Positions 9,723 through 18,765 of a DNA stretch of 56,855 nucleotides are shown here, piece by piece; within the stretch, counting starts at the first letter, position 1; each line of letters starts with the position of its first letter. A program made the position numbers and the translations under genes. The stretch spans positions 1-56,855 of the forward strand of contig JBMORQ010000024.1 of assembly GCA_049322575.1 (NCBI GenBank). The letters are read 5' to 3'. The notes beneath the pieces were generated by a model. The model ran no database searches, was not told the DNA's origin, and saw only the letters and a list, made by a program, of their open reading frames with translations. The stretch comes from Patescibacteria group bacterium. Its GTDB lineage: Bacteria; Patescibacteriota; Microgenomatia; UBA1400; PJMF01.

Positions 9723-9751
9723 AAAAACCCCGGCACTCGGCCGGGGTTTTT
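9723..9751 (-). terminator. Intrinsic terminator downstream of dnaK (bidirectional architecture)
   Basis: AAAAA-CCCCGGC-actcg-GCCGGGG-TTTTT forms a 7-bp GC stem flanked by an A-run and a T-run, 30 nt after the dnaK stop. Confidence 0.8.
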
Positions 9752-9781
9752 CTTTTTCAATTAAAAGTTGCTGTTTAGAAA

Positions 9782-11761
9782 CTATTCCTTAACTACTTCG
9801 CCTTCCTCAGCGTCCTTTTTGGCTGAGTCATCGGTCTTTTTGGCTTCACCTTCTTCAGTTTTGTTCTCAGTTGTGTCGGATGCTGATGCTCCACCTGCTC
9901 CAGCTCCTGCGGCACCAGGCCCACCAGCAGCCCCGCCGGCTTTTGCAGCCTGAGCCTTTTGCATAGCCTCACCAAGTTTTTGAGCAGAGGTTAGAGTTTC
10001 CTCGGTGGCTTTATCCAAAGCCTCTTTGGTAACGTCGGCTTTCTCGGCCATTTCCTTCAACTTTTTGACGTTTTCCTCGATGGTTTTCTTGTCGGCTTCA
10101 GCCAAGTGCTCGCCGTAATCTTTGAGCTGTTTCTCGATTTCAAAAGCCACACCATTGGCTTTATTTTTCGACTCAACAAGCTCCTTTTTGCGTTTGTCTT
10201 CCTCGGCGTGCTTTTCAGCGTCTGCCTTCATTTTCTCGACTTCTTCATCGGACAGGTTGGTCGAGTTTTGAATGGTGATTTTTTGCTCTTTGCCAGAGGT
10301 CTTGTCTTTAGCCGAGACATTCAAGATGCCATTTGAATCGATATCAAAAGTCACCTCGATCTGAGGCATACCACGCATGGCCGGTGGAATGCCATCAAGA
10401 ATGAAACGACCCAAGGATTTGTTATCTGCTGCCATCTCTCGCTCGCCCTGCAAAACATTGATTTCAACCTGGGTTTGGTTGTCGGCAGCGGTTGAAAAAA
10501 CTTGAGATTTACTGGTCGGGATGGTGGTATTGCGCTCGATCAAAGGAGTACGTACCCCTCCAAGAGTTTCAAGACCAAGCGTTAGTGGTGTTACATCAAG
10601 CAAAACCACGTCGGTGACATCGCCACCAATCACACCCGCCTGGATAGCGGCTCCAACTGCCACCACCTCGTCTGGGTTAACTCCTTTGTGAGGCTCTTTG
10701 CCAAAAAACTTCTTAACCTCGTCCTGAACCTTAGGCATACGGGTCTGACCACCCACCAAAACCACATCACCAATATCGGCTGGCTTGAGCTTGGCGTCGG
10801 CCAGGGCTTTTTCGACTGGAACAAAACTACGCTTGATTAAGTCATCCACTAATTCCTCAAGTTTAGCGCGAGTCAAAGTCATGGTTAAATGCAACGGACC
10901 GGAGTCACCTTGAGTAATGAATGGTTGGTTGATTTCAGTCTGCTGAGCAGCTGACAACTCGATCTTGGCCTTTTCTGCCGCGTCCTTGATACGTTGCATG
11001 GCCTGGGGATCACCGCTCAGGTCTTTACCAGTTTCTTTCTTGAATTCTGAAACAATGTACTCAATGATCTTGCTATCAAAATCATCACCACCTAGGAAAG
11101 TGTCGCCATTGGTTGATTTGACTTCGAAGACTCCATCACCTATTTCCAGAATTGAGATGTCGAAAGTACCACCACCTAGATCGTAGACGGCAATGGTTTT
11201 ACTACCTTTTTTGTCTAAACCATACGCCAGGGCGGCGGCAGTCGGTTCATTGACAATGCGCTCCACGGTTAGGCCAGCAATTTCACCGGCTTGCTTGGTT
11301 GCTTGACGTTGAGAATCATCAAAATAAGCTGGAACGGTAATGACAGCACGCTCGACTTTTTCGCCCAGATAGCTCTCGGCATCGGCCTTGGCTTTCGCCA
11401 AGATCTTTGCTGAGATTTCTTGTGGGGTGTACTGTTTATCGTCGATTTTTGCAACGGCCATGCCATCTTTACCTTCAACCACATCGTAGGAAACGTGCTT
11501 AATGGCTTCTTTGACAGCCTGATCACTTAATTTACGACCCATGAACCTCTTGACGGAATTAACAGTCAATTTGGGGTTCATGACCATCTGGCGCTTAGCT
11601 GGATCTCCCACAGTGACTGTGCCACCCTTAAAAGAAACAATCGAGGGAAAAGTGTTACGTCCTTCGGCTGTGGGGATAATTTTTGGTGATCCACCCTCCA
11701 TCACTGCTACTGCTGAGTTAGTAGTACCTAAATCGATACCAATAATTTTGCCAGATGCCAT
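9782..11761 (-). CDS. dnaK: Molecular chaperone DnaK (Hsp70)
   Basis: It begins [13 protein letters not shown] and carries DLGGGTFD and other Hsp70 signatures over 659 aa. Confidence 0.97.
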   Translation of the reverse strand: MASGKIIGIDLGTTNSAVAVMEGGSPKIIPTAEGRNTFPSIVSFKGGTVTVGDPAKRQMVMNPKLTVNSVKRFMGRKLSDQAVKEAIKHVSYDVVEGKDGMAVAKIDDKQYTPQEISAKILAKAKADAESYLGEKVERAVITVPAYFDDSQRQATKQAGEIAGLTVERIVNEPTAAALAYGLDKKGSKTIAVYDLGGGTFDISILEIGDGVFEVKSTNGDTFLGGDDFDSKIIEYIVSEFKKETGKDLSGDPQAMQRIKDAAEKAKIELSAAQQTEINQPFITQGDSGPLHLTMTLTRAKLEELVDDLIKRSFVPVEKALADAKLKPADIGDVVLVGGQTRMPKVQDEVKKFFGKEPHKGVNPDEVVAVGAAIQAGVIGGDVTDVVLLDVTPLTLGLETLGGVRTPLIERNTTIPTSKSQVFSTAADNQTQVEINVLQGEREMAADNKSLGRFILDGIPPAMRGMPQIEVTFDIDSNGILNVSAKDKTSGKEQKITIQNSTNLSDEEVEKMKADAEKHAEEDKRKKELVESKNKANGVAFEIEKQLKDYGEHLAEADKKTIEENVKKLKEMAEKADVTKEALDKATEETLTSAQKLGEAMQKAQAAKAGGAAGGPGAAGAGAGGASASDTTENKTEEGEAKKTDDSAKKDAEEGEVVKE

Positions 11762-11825
11762 ACTTCCTCCTTATTTATCTACGGTTTCATTTAAATATTA
11801 ATGATTGAACAATTACAAAATAATT

Positions 11826-11878
11826 TTAGCAGACCATCCAAATGACTGCTAGTAGCAGTTTGAAGACTCATCTGCTAA
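11826..11878 (-). promoter_or_regulatory. Two abutting CIRCE-variant inverted repeats upstream of dnaK
   Basis: TTAGCAGAC-N9-GACTGCTAG lies at 11826-11852 and GTAGCAGTT-N9-ATCTGCTAA at 11852-11878. The shared core is TAGCAG...CTGCTA, the same variant seen upstream of groES. Confidence 0.6.
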
Positions 11879-11939
11879 TTATCGGCTGTCTCCAGGCTAG
11901 AATCTCCGCTATTTTAAAAAGCATTATGCGCGATTGCTT

Positions 11940-12503
11940 TTAGCCCAGAATAACCTTGGCGTGCTGAATTACTTCGCCGTTTAGCTTATAGCCGCGACGA
12001 ACTACTTTAACAACTTTTGTTGACTCATCAGCTTGTTCCACGGCTTCCATCAGGTTGTAATCGAATCTTTTTCCCATGACTTCGATCTCTTCCAGCCCAA
12101 CTTCTGCCAAAGCCTGACGGAACTGGTTAACCACCATGTTCAATCCCTGGTCATTGAGTTGCTCTGCAGCCAGCTGTAAGTGTTCAAAGGGTTGCAAAAG
12201 TGATTCGACAATTTCCAAACCAGCCATTTTCACCAAGCGCTGACGCTCGTCTTGTTGGCGACGCAACAAGTTCTGGTAGTCGGCAATGGCCCGTCGCTCC
12301 TTTTCCTGGAGAATAGCATTTTGCTGTTTCAAAGCATCGAGTTGTTGCTTCAGGGAAGCTATCTCGGTTGCGTCTGACGAAGGAGCTTTGACCTGTCTGT
12401 TTGCATCTCGGTCTGGCTCTGATCCATCAACTGAATTGTTATTTGTAGTAGCGTTTTTATCCTGGTCTGACTGATGAGGCTGCTGGGATTGTTGCTTGAT
12501 CAT
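11940..12503 (-). CDS. grpE: Nucleotide exchange factor GrpE
   Basis: A coiled-coil N-terminal part is followed by the GrpE C-terminal domain (...RRGYKLNGEVIQHAKVILG). The ATG at 12503 is preceded by GGAGAGA 7 nt upstream; the ORF opens at a TTG at 12521. It is located between hrcA and dnaK. Confidence 0.9.
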   Translation of the reverse strand: MIKQQSQQPHQSDQDKNATTNNNSVDGSEPDRDANRQVKAPSSDATEIASLKQQLDALKQQNAILQEKERRAIADYQNLLRRQQDERQRLVKMAGLEIVESLLQPFEHLQLAAEQLNDQGLNMVVNQFRQALAEVGLEEIEVMGKRFDYNLMEAVEQADESTKVVKVVRRGYKLNGEVIQHAKVILG

Positions 12504-12535
12504 CTTAGATTCTCTCCGCAAAAAAAATACTTTAT

Positions 12536-13258
12536 TTATCGCACCATTTCCTCAATCAAGCCCTTGAAGTATTTCATCATTGGGATGACATAAGGATAAT
12601 CAAAACGGCATGAACCAATCACACCAATCTTGCTTTTGTGTCCGGCGGCATCGATGGTCATGTAGACCACGCCCATCTGCTCTAGGTAGCGATTGCCCAA
12701 GTCTCGGCCAAAAACTATATGTACTGGGTTTTCACTAGAGCTGAAGTTAAAGATTTCTTCCATGAGTGAAACCTCCTCGATGAGAGAAAGAGCGTGACGC
12801 ATGGTGTTGATGTCATAAAACTCTGGCATTTTGAGTAAATTGGAGTAACCTGAGTGATATAAACGACGCTGATCTGTCAAAGCAATTCCCAAAGCCTTGG
12901 ATCTATCGGCCAAAACGCGAGTTGCTTCGTAAAGCAAGTCATCGAGCTCATTGCGATATCGCCAAATCTTCTCTTTGACACCTACTTCGTCCGCCACCGA
13001 CAACTCTTCCTCTTTCATCAGCTCGTTGACGTAAAGTTTAAGAGCCAAGGGAGTGGGCATACGGCCAGAGCTGGAATGCTCTTTGGAAAGATAACCATGA
13101 TCGGTGAGGTAGACCATTTCGTTGCGAATAGTGGCAGGAGAAACACCGATATTATATTTTTTATCGATGGTATCCGAACCAACCGGCAAGCCAGTTTCGA
13201 TAAATTCCTCGATGATGGCACGAAGTATTTGAATCTGACGGGCGACGAGATCGATCAT
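12536..13258 (-). CDS. hrcA: Heat-inducible transcription repressor HrcA (short form, about 240 aa)
   Basis: The N-terminal wHTH region (ILRAIIEEFIETGLPVGSDTI...SPATIRNEM) is typical of HrcA. A predicted promoter and CIRCE overlap the upstream ATG at 13357, so the ATG at 13258 is the preferred start. Confidence 0.85.
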   Translation of the reverse strand: MIDLVARQIQILRAIIEEFIETGLPVGSDTIDKKYNIGVSPATIRNEMVYLTDHGYLSKEHSSSGRMPTPLALKLYVNELMKEEELSVADEVGVKEKIWRYRNELDDLLYEATRVLADRSKALGIALTDQRRLYHSGYSNLLKMPEFYDINTMRHALSLIEEVSLMEEIFNFSSSENPVHIVFGRDLGNRYLEQMGVVYMTIDAAGHKSKIGVIGSCRFDYPYVIPMMKYFKGLIEEMVR

Positions 13259-13346
13259 ATCAAGTTGGCCTTTCGCCTGATTGTTTGGCGGCTTGGCTGG
13301 CAAGGTTGCCAATTTGCCAATAAATCTTGAATAAAAATATTCTTTA

Positions 13347-13373
13347 TTAGCAATCATAGCGATTGAGTGCTAG
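13347..13373 (-). promoter_or_regulatory. Near-canonical CIRCE operator of the hrcA-grpE operon
   Basis: TTAGCAATC-atagcgatt-GAGTGCTAG compares with the consensus TTAGCACTC-N9-GAGTGCTAA (16/18 arm positions). It overlaps the predicted -10 and spacer. Confidence 0.8.
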
Positions 13374-13381
13374 CGTGTCAA
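13353..13381 (-). promoter_or_regulatory. Sigma70-type promoter of hrcA
   Basis: The minus strand reads TTGACA (13381-13376), a 17-nt spacer, then TATGAT (13358-13353). Confidence 0.65.
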
Positions 13382-13449
13382 GCGGGGAGGATAAAACCAA
13401 AAAAAATAAAAAATCCCATATTTGTCGAAGATGGGAATTTTACACTATC

Positions 13450-13477
13450 TTGACAAACTGATGAGCAATATTAGATT
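13450..13477 (+). promoter_or_regulatory. Sigma70-type promoter of the small divergent ORF
   Basis: TTGACA (13450-13455), a 16-nt spacer, then TAGATT (13472-13477). Confidence 0.45.
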
Positions 13478-13509
13478 GTTACTTGATTAGAAAATTTTAT
13501 GAAAGAAGA

Positions 13510-13842
13510 ATGTTCCACACTCAAGAATTAGGACAAAATCCAGAATCAATTAAAAGCCTAATAAAAAATACTACTAGCTTGTCAGAACTTGCGAAAATTT
13601 GGCCACAAATTAGAGAATCTGGCAACGAAGCATTAAAAAAAACTTTCAGCACTAGAATCGATGTTATTTTTGAACAAATGGTTACATATTGTAGTAGAGA
13701 CCAATTAAAAAAGGAATTTGTAGCAAGAGTACTTACACATTTCCAGTCTGCTACCAATAATTATCTTTCGGTTGAGAAACTAATTTCATACTTAAAACGA
13801 CTTGATAATATTGATAGCGGATCGTCCGCAAACTCTCAATAA
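13510..13842 (+). CDS. Hypothetical small protein (about 110 aa), AT-rich gene
   Basis: The ORF track opens at a TTG at 13483. The first in-frame ATG is at 13510, preceded by the purine-rich GAAAGAAG. No recognisable motif, and composition is visibly more AT-rich than the neighbours. Confidence 0.45.
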   Translation: MFHTQELGQNPESIKSLIKNTTSLSELAKIWPQIRESGNEALKKTFSTRIDVIFEQMVTYCSRDQLKKEFVARVLTHFQSATNNYLSVEKLISYLKRLDNIDSGSSANSQ

Positions 13843-13860
13843 ATAGAGCAAACCCATCTC

Positions 13861-13900
13861 AACTTCCCACGACCCCTCAACTCGTGTAATATGATGTTGT
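13861..13900 (-). repeat. Degenerate copy of the interspersed repeat family
   Basis: AACTTCCCACGAC...CGTGTAATATGATGTTGTG resembles GACTTCCCGCGAAATATGATTTTGTAG. It overlaps the GTG start of the hydrolase gene. Confidence 0.4.
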
Positions 13901-15347
13901 GTTCAAACAAACATCTAATTCAAGATATCAGTTAAGAGGCGGTCTGCAGTCGCAAAAAACTAAGCGTCGTCTCATTCTCAACGCCTTACTGCTACTCTTA
14001 ATCACTGCAGCCGGGTTGGCTGGCGTGTCGCAACTAAAAGTTGTGCGTCAGTTTTTCTCGCGTGCATCTGGTATCCCGGCCAACATTATCGTTGATACTC
14101 AAGCCGTGATTGGCCCCATGCCTCGTCCCTGGCGCAATCTGGCTCAGGGTGGCGAAGACCACGCCTGGCGTTTGCAACCTCTTCAAGCTCAAGTCAATGC
14201 CCTCCACCCTCGTTATATTCGCCTTGATCATATTTATGATTTTTATGACATTGTGGGAGGATCGCCTGGCAATTTAACTTTTGACTTCAGCAAGCTTGAT
14301 CTAGTCCTGGATGACATCAAGGCGGCCGGAGCCAAGCCCTACATCGCCTTGAGCTATATGCCTCCGGTCATTGCCGAGGGTGATATTGTCAGCAAACCCA
14401 AAAACTGGGCAGATTGGCAACTAACCGTGCAAAAAACCATCGAGCATATCAGCGGCAAACGCGGCACCGACGATGTTTATTATGAGGTTTGGAATGAACC
14501 TGACCTCTTTGGCGGCTGGAAATATTACGGCGATAAAAGTTATCTAGATTTGTACACCTATGCGGCCCGTGGGGCGGCGGCGGCTCGGGGGGTTAAGCCA
14601 TTTAAAATTGGTGGCCCGGCCACCACGGCCCTTTATAAAAACTGGTTTGACGCCTTGGCCAAGCATGTTATCAAGAACCGGCTTCGTTTCGATTTCTTTT
14701 CCTGGCACCGTTATGCCATGAGTGTCGATGCTTATGGCAAAGACATGGCCGAAGCAAGTTCTTGGCTTGAGAACTATCCACAGCTGATGGCCACCGCCGA
14801 GCTTCACATCACTGAATGGGGCCACGACAGCAATAATCATCCAGGATATGACGGTTATCTTGGGGCGGCTCACACCGTGGCCGGCTCAATCAACATGATC
14901 GGTATCATCGATAATGCTTTTGTTTTCGAAATCCAGGACGGTAAGGGTCCAGAGAACCAGGCGCGTTGGGGACGTTGGGGGCTGTTCACCCACTCGAGCG
15001 CTGGCGCCGAGGCCAAGCCCCGTTATAACGCCCTGCGCATGTTGGACAAAATTGCCGATCAACGCCTACAAACCATCGGAGCCGGCAGCTGGGTTAGGGC
15101 TGTGGCAGCCCGCGACGAACAAGGCAACACCGAGGTGGTGCTGGCAAATTACGACGCCAACGCCTCTCACGCCGAGAATGTCCCCGTGACCTTCCGCAAC
15201 ATCGAGCCCGGTGACTATCAATTGACCGTCGAAATGATCAACGGCCAAAACGTCAACAAGCCTATTTCCACCAGCTCTGCCGAATTGCGAGTTAATGTTT
15301 ACATGAATCCAAATAGCGTGGGATTTGTGGAGTTGAAGAGACGGTGA
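13899..15347 (+). CDS. Membrane-anchored glycoside hydrolase, clan GH-A (GH39-like)
   Basis: It has an N-terminal TM anchor, an acid/base motif YYEVWNEPD and a nucleophile motif HITEWG typical of (beta/alpha)8 clan A hydrolases. The start codon is GTG. Confidence 0.7.
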   Translation: MFKQTSNSRYQLRGGLQSQKTKRRLILNALLLLLITAAGLAGVSQLKVVRQFFSRASGIPANIIVDTQAVIGPMPRPWRNLAQGGEDHAWRLQPLQAQVNALHPRYIRLDHIYDFYDIVGGSPGNLTFDFSKLDLVLDDIKAAGAKPYIALSYMPPVIAEGDIVSKPKNWADWQLTVQKTIEHISGKRGTDDVYYEVWNEPDLFGGWKYYGDKSYLDLYTYAARGAAAARGVKPFKIGGPATTALYKNWFDALAKHVIKNRLRFDFFSWHRYAMSVDAYGKDMAEASSWLENYPQLMATAELHITEWGHDSNNHPGYDGYLGAAHTVAGSINMIGIIDNAFVFEIQDGKGPENQARWGRWGLFTHSSAGAEAKPRYNALRMLDKIADQRLQTIGAGSWVRAVAARDEQGNTEVVLANYDANASHAENVPVTFRNIEPGDYQLTVEMINGQNVNKPISTSSAELRVNVYMNPNSVGFVELKRR

Positions 15348-15376
15348 GATTTTTTGATCGTTGGTACAGATTGAAA

Positions 15377-15413
15377 AATATGGTATAGACTATTTTTTTA
15401 CATATACCATATT
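15377..15413. terminator. 11-bp perfect hairpin between convergent genes (candidate bidirectional terminator)
   Basis: AATATGGTATA-(15 nt)-TATACCATATT lies between the hydrolase stop (15347) and the GT4 stop (15490). Confidence 0.5.
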
Positions 15414-15489
15414 AAGAAAGATAATTTAAATTGTTGCCATTTAAAATAAAAATTTGTCGTAAAAAAATTTATTTTGAATCTGTGACAAT

Positions 15490-16635
15490 TTAATGGCTTG
15501 GGTGCAAAGCACACTTTTTCACCAACTCATCAATTTCTCTCATAAAACGTTGCTTGGAAAATTTCTGGGCGTGTTGACGAATTTTTTGTGGATCAAACTT
15601 TATTTGGTCAAATCTACCAATCGCCTCAATCAAGCCAGTCTCACTCAAATCATCAAACAAAACTCCTGTTTGACCATCCACAACCGACTCACGGTAACCG
15701 CCACCGTTGAAAGCGACCACCGGTGTGCCGGCCATCATCGCCTCCACTGGAGTGATACCAAAATCTTCATCACTTGCCAGGGCCAAAAAACCGCGTGCAT
15801 GGGCATAAAGACCAACCAGCTCCTCATCCGGAACAAAACCGAGAAACTCGATTTGTCCGCCACTGGCCAGATCCAAGAGCTCTTGGTACTCAGTGGAATA
15901 GCCGGCCGGTTTGCCCGCAATCTTAAGATTTAAGCCGAGCTTAACGGCCGCCTTAACTGCCAGATCCAAACCCTTGCCACCCACAATCCGCGAAATTATC
16001 AAAAAATAATCGTCGCGTTTTTTGGTTTTGTCCCAATCATCAGCCAAAATGAATTCATCGACTGGAGGATAAATTACCTGGCTGTCGCGTCGGTAAAATT
16101 TTTCAATTCTTCTGGCAACATTCCGAGAATTGGCCACAAATTGATCAACTCGCTGGGCAGCATTGAAGTCATAAAGGCGCATAAAATGGCCAATCAGTTG
16201 GCCATAAACGCGGATCGGCCACCATTTTTGCCATTCAATTGAAGTCGGATACCCGTACAGCCAACGAGGTGGAGTGTGACAGTAACAAATCTCTTTGGCC
16301 TGGTCTTTTTTGGCAAAACCCTTGGTGATATACCAGCTGGCTGAACCAATTATTACGTCGTATCCGGAAAAATCAAAACTATTCCAGATCTGAGGTGCCA
16401 AAAAACGTAAGGGACTGTGGAGTTTACTGGCAAAAAACGGAACCCTTTGAGCCCAAGAGGTGCGGACATCTTTATGTTTAAACCTCTCCCAAGCCGGCGA
16501 ACCAGCGCGATAAAAGGCAGTATAGATTGGTGCATCAGGATAAAGCTTTGAAAGAGCCAACAAGACACGCTCCGCGCCACCAAATTCGTTGAGATAGTCA
16601 TGAACAAGGGCAATTTTGAGAGGGGATTTTTTCAT
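15490..16635 (-). CDS. GT4 family (GT-B fold) glycosyltransferase
   Basis: The N-terminus KIALVHDYLNEFGGAERV and the C-terminal E-x7-E region (EDFGITPVEAMMAGTPV) are typical of group 1 glycosyltransferases. The ATG at 16635 overlaps the upstream stop (ATGA). Confidence 0.85.
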   Translation of the reverse strand: MKKSPLKIALVHDYLNEFGGAERVLLALSKLYPDAPIYTAFYRAGSPAWERFKHKDVRTSWAQRVPFFASKLHSPLRFLAPQIWNSFDFSGYDVIIGSASWYITKGFAKKDQAKEICYCHTPPRWLYGYPTSIEWQKWWPIRVYGQLIGHFMRLYDFNAAQRVDQFVANSRNVARRIEKFYRRDSQVIYPPVDEFILADDWDKTKKRDDYFLIISRIVGGKGLDLAVKAAVKLGLNLKIAGKPAGYSTEYQELLDLASGGQIEFLGFVPDEELVGLYAHARGFLALASDEDFGITPVEAMMAGTPVVAFNGGGYRESVVDGQTGVLFDDLSETGLIEAIGRFDQIKFDPQKIRQHAQKFSKQRFMREIDELVKKCALHPSH

Positions 16636-17282
16636 TCCGGTGAAATCTCTTCCCCAATGTAGGTCATCACCTGTTTCTGAATTGACTTCTTCATCTCCTC
16701 CCAAGAGGTTTCAGAGTCAATTAAACGGGGCATTGGTTGCTGATCGGCATCGATAAAAAAGACTAAAGATTTAATTAGATGACCAGAATTAAAATTTACT
16801 TTTTCATATTTTTTATCAATTGCTGTGAAAATCATATCTAACGAATAATGTTTCAGGATGAAATAAAGATCAACAAAATCTTTTTTGCTACCTCTAGAAC
16901 TAATTGTAATGATTTTTGTACAGGCGATATCTAACACCGAACTTATGTTGATCGATTTTACATTTTGCAAAGATTCCAAGAGTTTATAGGGGTAATTTAA
17001 AAACTGCAATTTCACATCACCCATGAATACATTCAACGTTCCTTGCGCAATTTCAACTGATGATACCTCAGCCAGTTCTTTAAGCTGACTTAGAATAAGT
17101 TCAGGTGAAAAATCCCGCTCACAGAAAAAATCTAGATCTTCTGACTGTCTATGTCCCAACTGAAGCGATAAACCAGTACCGCCAGACAAATAAAAATCAT
17201 CTAGCAAACTTAATCTGCTGTCAGTTAATTTATCAAAAATAGCTCTGGTTTTTGTTGGTAATGTATTTAACTTATACATCAT
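16632..17282 (-). CDS. AbiEii/DUF1814-like nucleotidyltransferase (type IV toxin-like)
   Basis: The motif FYLSGGTGLSLQLGHRQSEDLDFF matches the GGTAL...R.S.D(L/I)DF signature of AbiEii-family NTases. The ATG at 17282 forms an ATGA overlap with the upstream small ORF; the ORF opens at a TTG at 17300. Confidence 0.7.
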   Translation of the reverse strand: MMYKLNTLPTKTRAIFDKLTDSRLSLLDDFYLSGGTGLSLQLGHRQSEDLDFFCERDFSPELILSQLKELAEVSSVEIAQGTLNVFMGDVKLQFLNYPYKLLESLQNVKSINISSVLDIACTKIITISSRGSKKDFVDLYFILKHYSLDMIFTAIDKKYEKVNFNSGHLIKSLVFFIDADQQPMPRLIDSETSWEEMKKSIQKQVMTYIGEEISPE

Positions 17283-17518
17283 GACAAATAACTTTTCCAA
17301 AAATTTTTTGACTTAGAACTAAGTCTATATGATTCGAAGTTATTGAGGATTTCATCCCTTGGTACCTGTTTTAACAACCATGACCAAGAAACAATATCTG
17401 CCTTGTCTAGTATTGTTTCAATAATATACTTTTGGTGAAGTTCCCAATCCAGTTTGGACAAATCATCTCCCCAAAAGTACTTTTTTATGTGACTGGGAAT
17501 AGTAGTAGATAGTGACAT
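17279..17518 (-). CDS. Small 79-aa partner protein of the AbiEii-like NTase
   Basis: KKYFWGDDLSKLDWELHQKYIIETIL...SSKSKNFW resembles the small proteins or domains I recall next to AbiEii-like NTases (FWDVD..LD...H...IIERVL...S.KS.NFW). It is translationally coupled to the NTase. Confidence 0.55.
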   Translation of the reverse strand: MSLSTTIPSHIKKYFWGDDLSKLDWELHQKYIIETILDKADIVSWSWLLKQVPRDEILNNFESYRLSSKSKNFWKSYLS

Positions 17519-17552
17519 ATGATTAATCTGAAGAGTAAACTTAATTTTCTAT

Positions 17553-17590
17553 TAGACTCGTAATAAAAACTCTATTTCGATACGAGTCTA
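17553..17590. repeat. Hairpin form of the interspersed repeat family
   Basis: TAGACTCGTA-(18 nt: ATAAAAACTCTATTTCGA)-TACGAGTCTA forms a 10-bp perfect stem. The loop and right arm match GTAATAAAAA..TTATTTC..TAC.AGTCTA of the family consensus. Confidence 0.8.
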
Positions 17591-17604
17591 TTATAAACCA
17601 ACCA

Positions 17605-18657
17605 CTAAAACAACGCCTGTTGTACGCTCGCCTCAAACTCGTCCACGGGCAACATGTGGATCAACGAACCAAAATCCAGTTCTTTAAAAATGGCTATGGC
17701 AGCTTCTTTGTCGTAACTCGAGATGACACAAGCCGACAAGTCCAACTCGATTGGTGCCTGACAATCAATTGTTGCCAGCTTTTTACTCAAAAACGCGTTG
17801 TCTTTGTCTGTTGAAAGTTTTTGGCGGACTGATTTTGTGAGAACTTTCTCTTGATCTGGGCTAAGAACGACTTCCGCCGCGGCTTTGACTTTATCCGCCA
17901 CATCAACAGAATTATTTTGGCTCTCCAAAGCCATGTAAAGATTCTCAATGTTGTCAAAGGCTTGCACCAAGCCCACTGCCGTTTTCGGACCGATACCTTT
18001 AACACCCGGGATGTCATCGGAAGAATCACCCATCAACGCCTTGAGATCAATAATTTGCTTGGGGGTCACGCCCATTTTTTCCATCACAGCCTGGGAATCG
18101 TATTCCTTGTCTGTCTGGAACTTGCCACGGGCCGGCAGCCAGACATGAGTGTTGTCGTCCACAAGCTGAAAAGCGTCTCGATCACCAGTTACTATCACAG
18201 TGAGAACTTCACCCCAGCGTTTTCGGTCGGTCTTTTGGTCAAGTTGGCAACTAATTGTGCCAATCAAGTCGTCGGCCTCAAAACCAGCCAGCTCAAATTG
18301 CGGAATGTTGAGGGCAGCCACAACCTGTTTAATTATCTCGACCTGGGGCTTAAGCTCGTCTGGCATCTCGGCTCGATGGGCCTTGTATCCTGCAAAATCT
18401 TGGTGGCGAAAAGTTGGGGTGGGATGATCGAAGGTAACGGCCAGATACTTGGGCTCATACTCAGCAATCGCCTTGAGCAAAATACGAGTGAAACCGTAAA
18501 CGGCGTTGATTAATCTGCCATCAGGAGCCGTGAGTCCAGGAAAGGCGTAAAAGGCGCGATATATCAAAGCGTGTCCGTCGATTAATAGGAAAATCGGACG
18601 TTCTGCCATATCTTGTGATGAGTTTGATGGATGGTTTTTGTGAGAGTTTTTCAGCAC
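17605..18657 (-). CDS. Stand-alone 5'-3' exonuclease / flap endonuclease (Pol I N-terminal domain homologue)
   Basis: It contains LLIDGHALIYRAFYA, VTGDRDAFQL and the H3TH region GDSSDDIPGVKGIGPKTA, with no polymerase domain. The ORF opens at a GTG at 18657; an alternative ATG is at 18609. Confidence 0.85.
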   Translation of the reverse strand: MLKNSHKNHPSNSSQDMAERPIFLLIDGHALIYRAFYAFPGLTAPDGRLINAVYGFTRILLKAIAEYEPKYLAVTFDHPTPTFRHQDFAGYKAHRAEMPDELKPQVEIIKQVVAALNIPQFELAGFEADDLIGTISCQLDQKTDRKRWGEVLTVIVTGDRDAFQLVDDNTHVWLPARGKFQTDKEYDSQAVMEKMGVTPKQIIDLKALMGDSSDDIPGVKGIGPKTAVGLVQAFDNIENLYMALESQNNSVDVADKVKAAAEVVLSPDQEKVLTKSVRQKLSTDKDNAFLSKKLATIDCQAPIELDLSACVISSYDKEAAIAIFKELDFGSLIHMLPVDEFEASVQQALF

Positions 18658-18737
18658 TTTTTGTCTTGATCAAAAGCTAATCATATTTTTTTCTGGCTGC
18701 AATTAAAGCCAACAAGATCCCTTGAAAAAATCCAGTG

Positions 18738-18765
18738 GGCCTGCTGTGAAATAATAACACAATCT
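18738..18765 (-). repeat. Degenerate copy of the interspersed repeat family
   Basis: GGCCTGCTGTGAAATAATAACACAATC compares with AGACTTGTAGTGAAATAACATTTTTAT. Confidence 0.35.
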
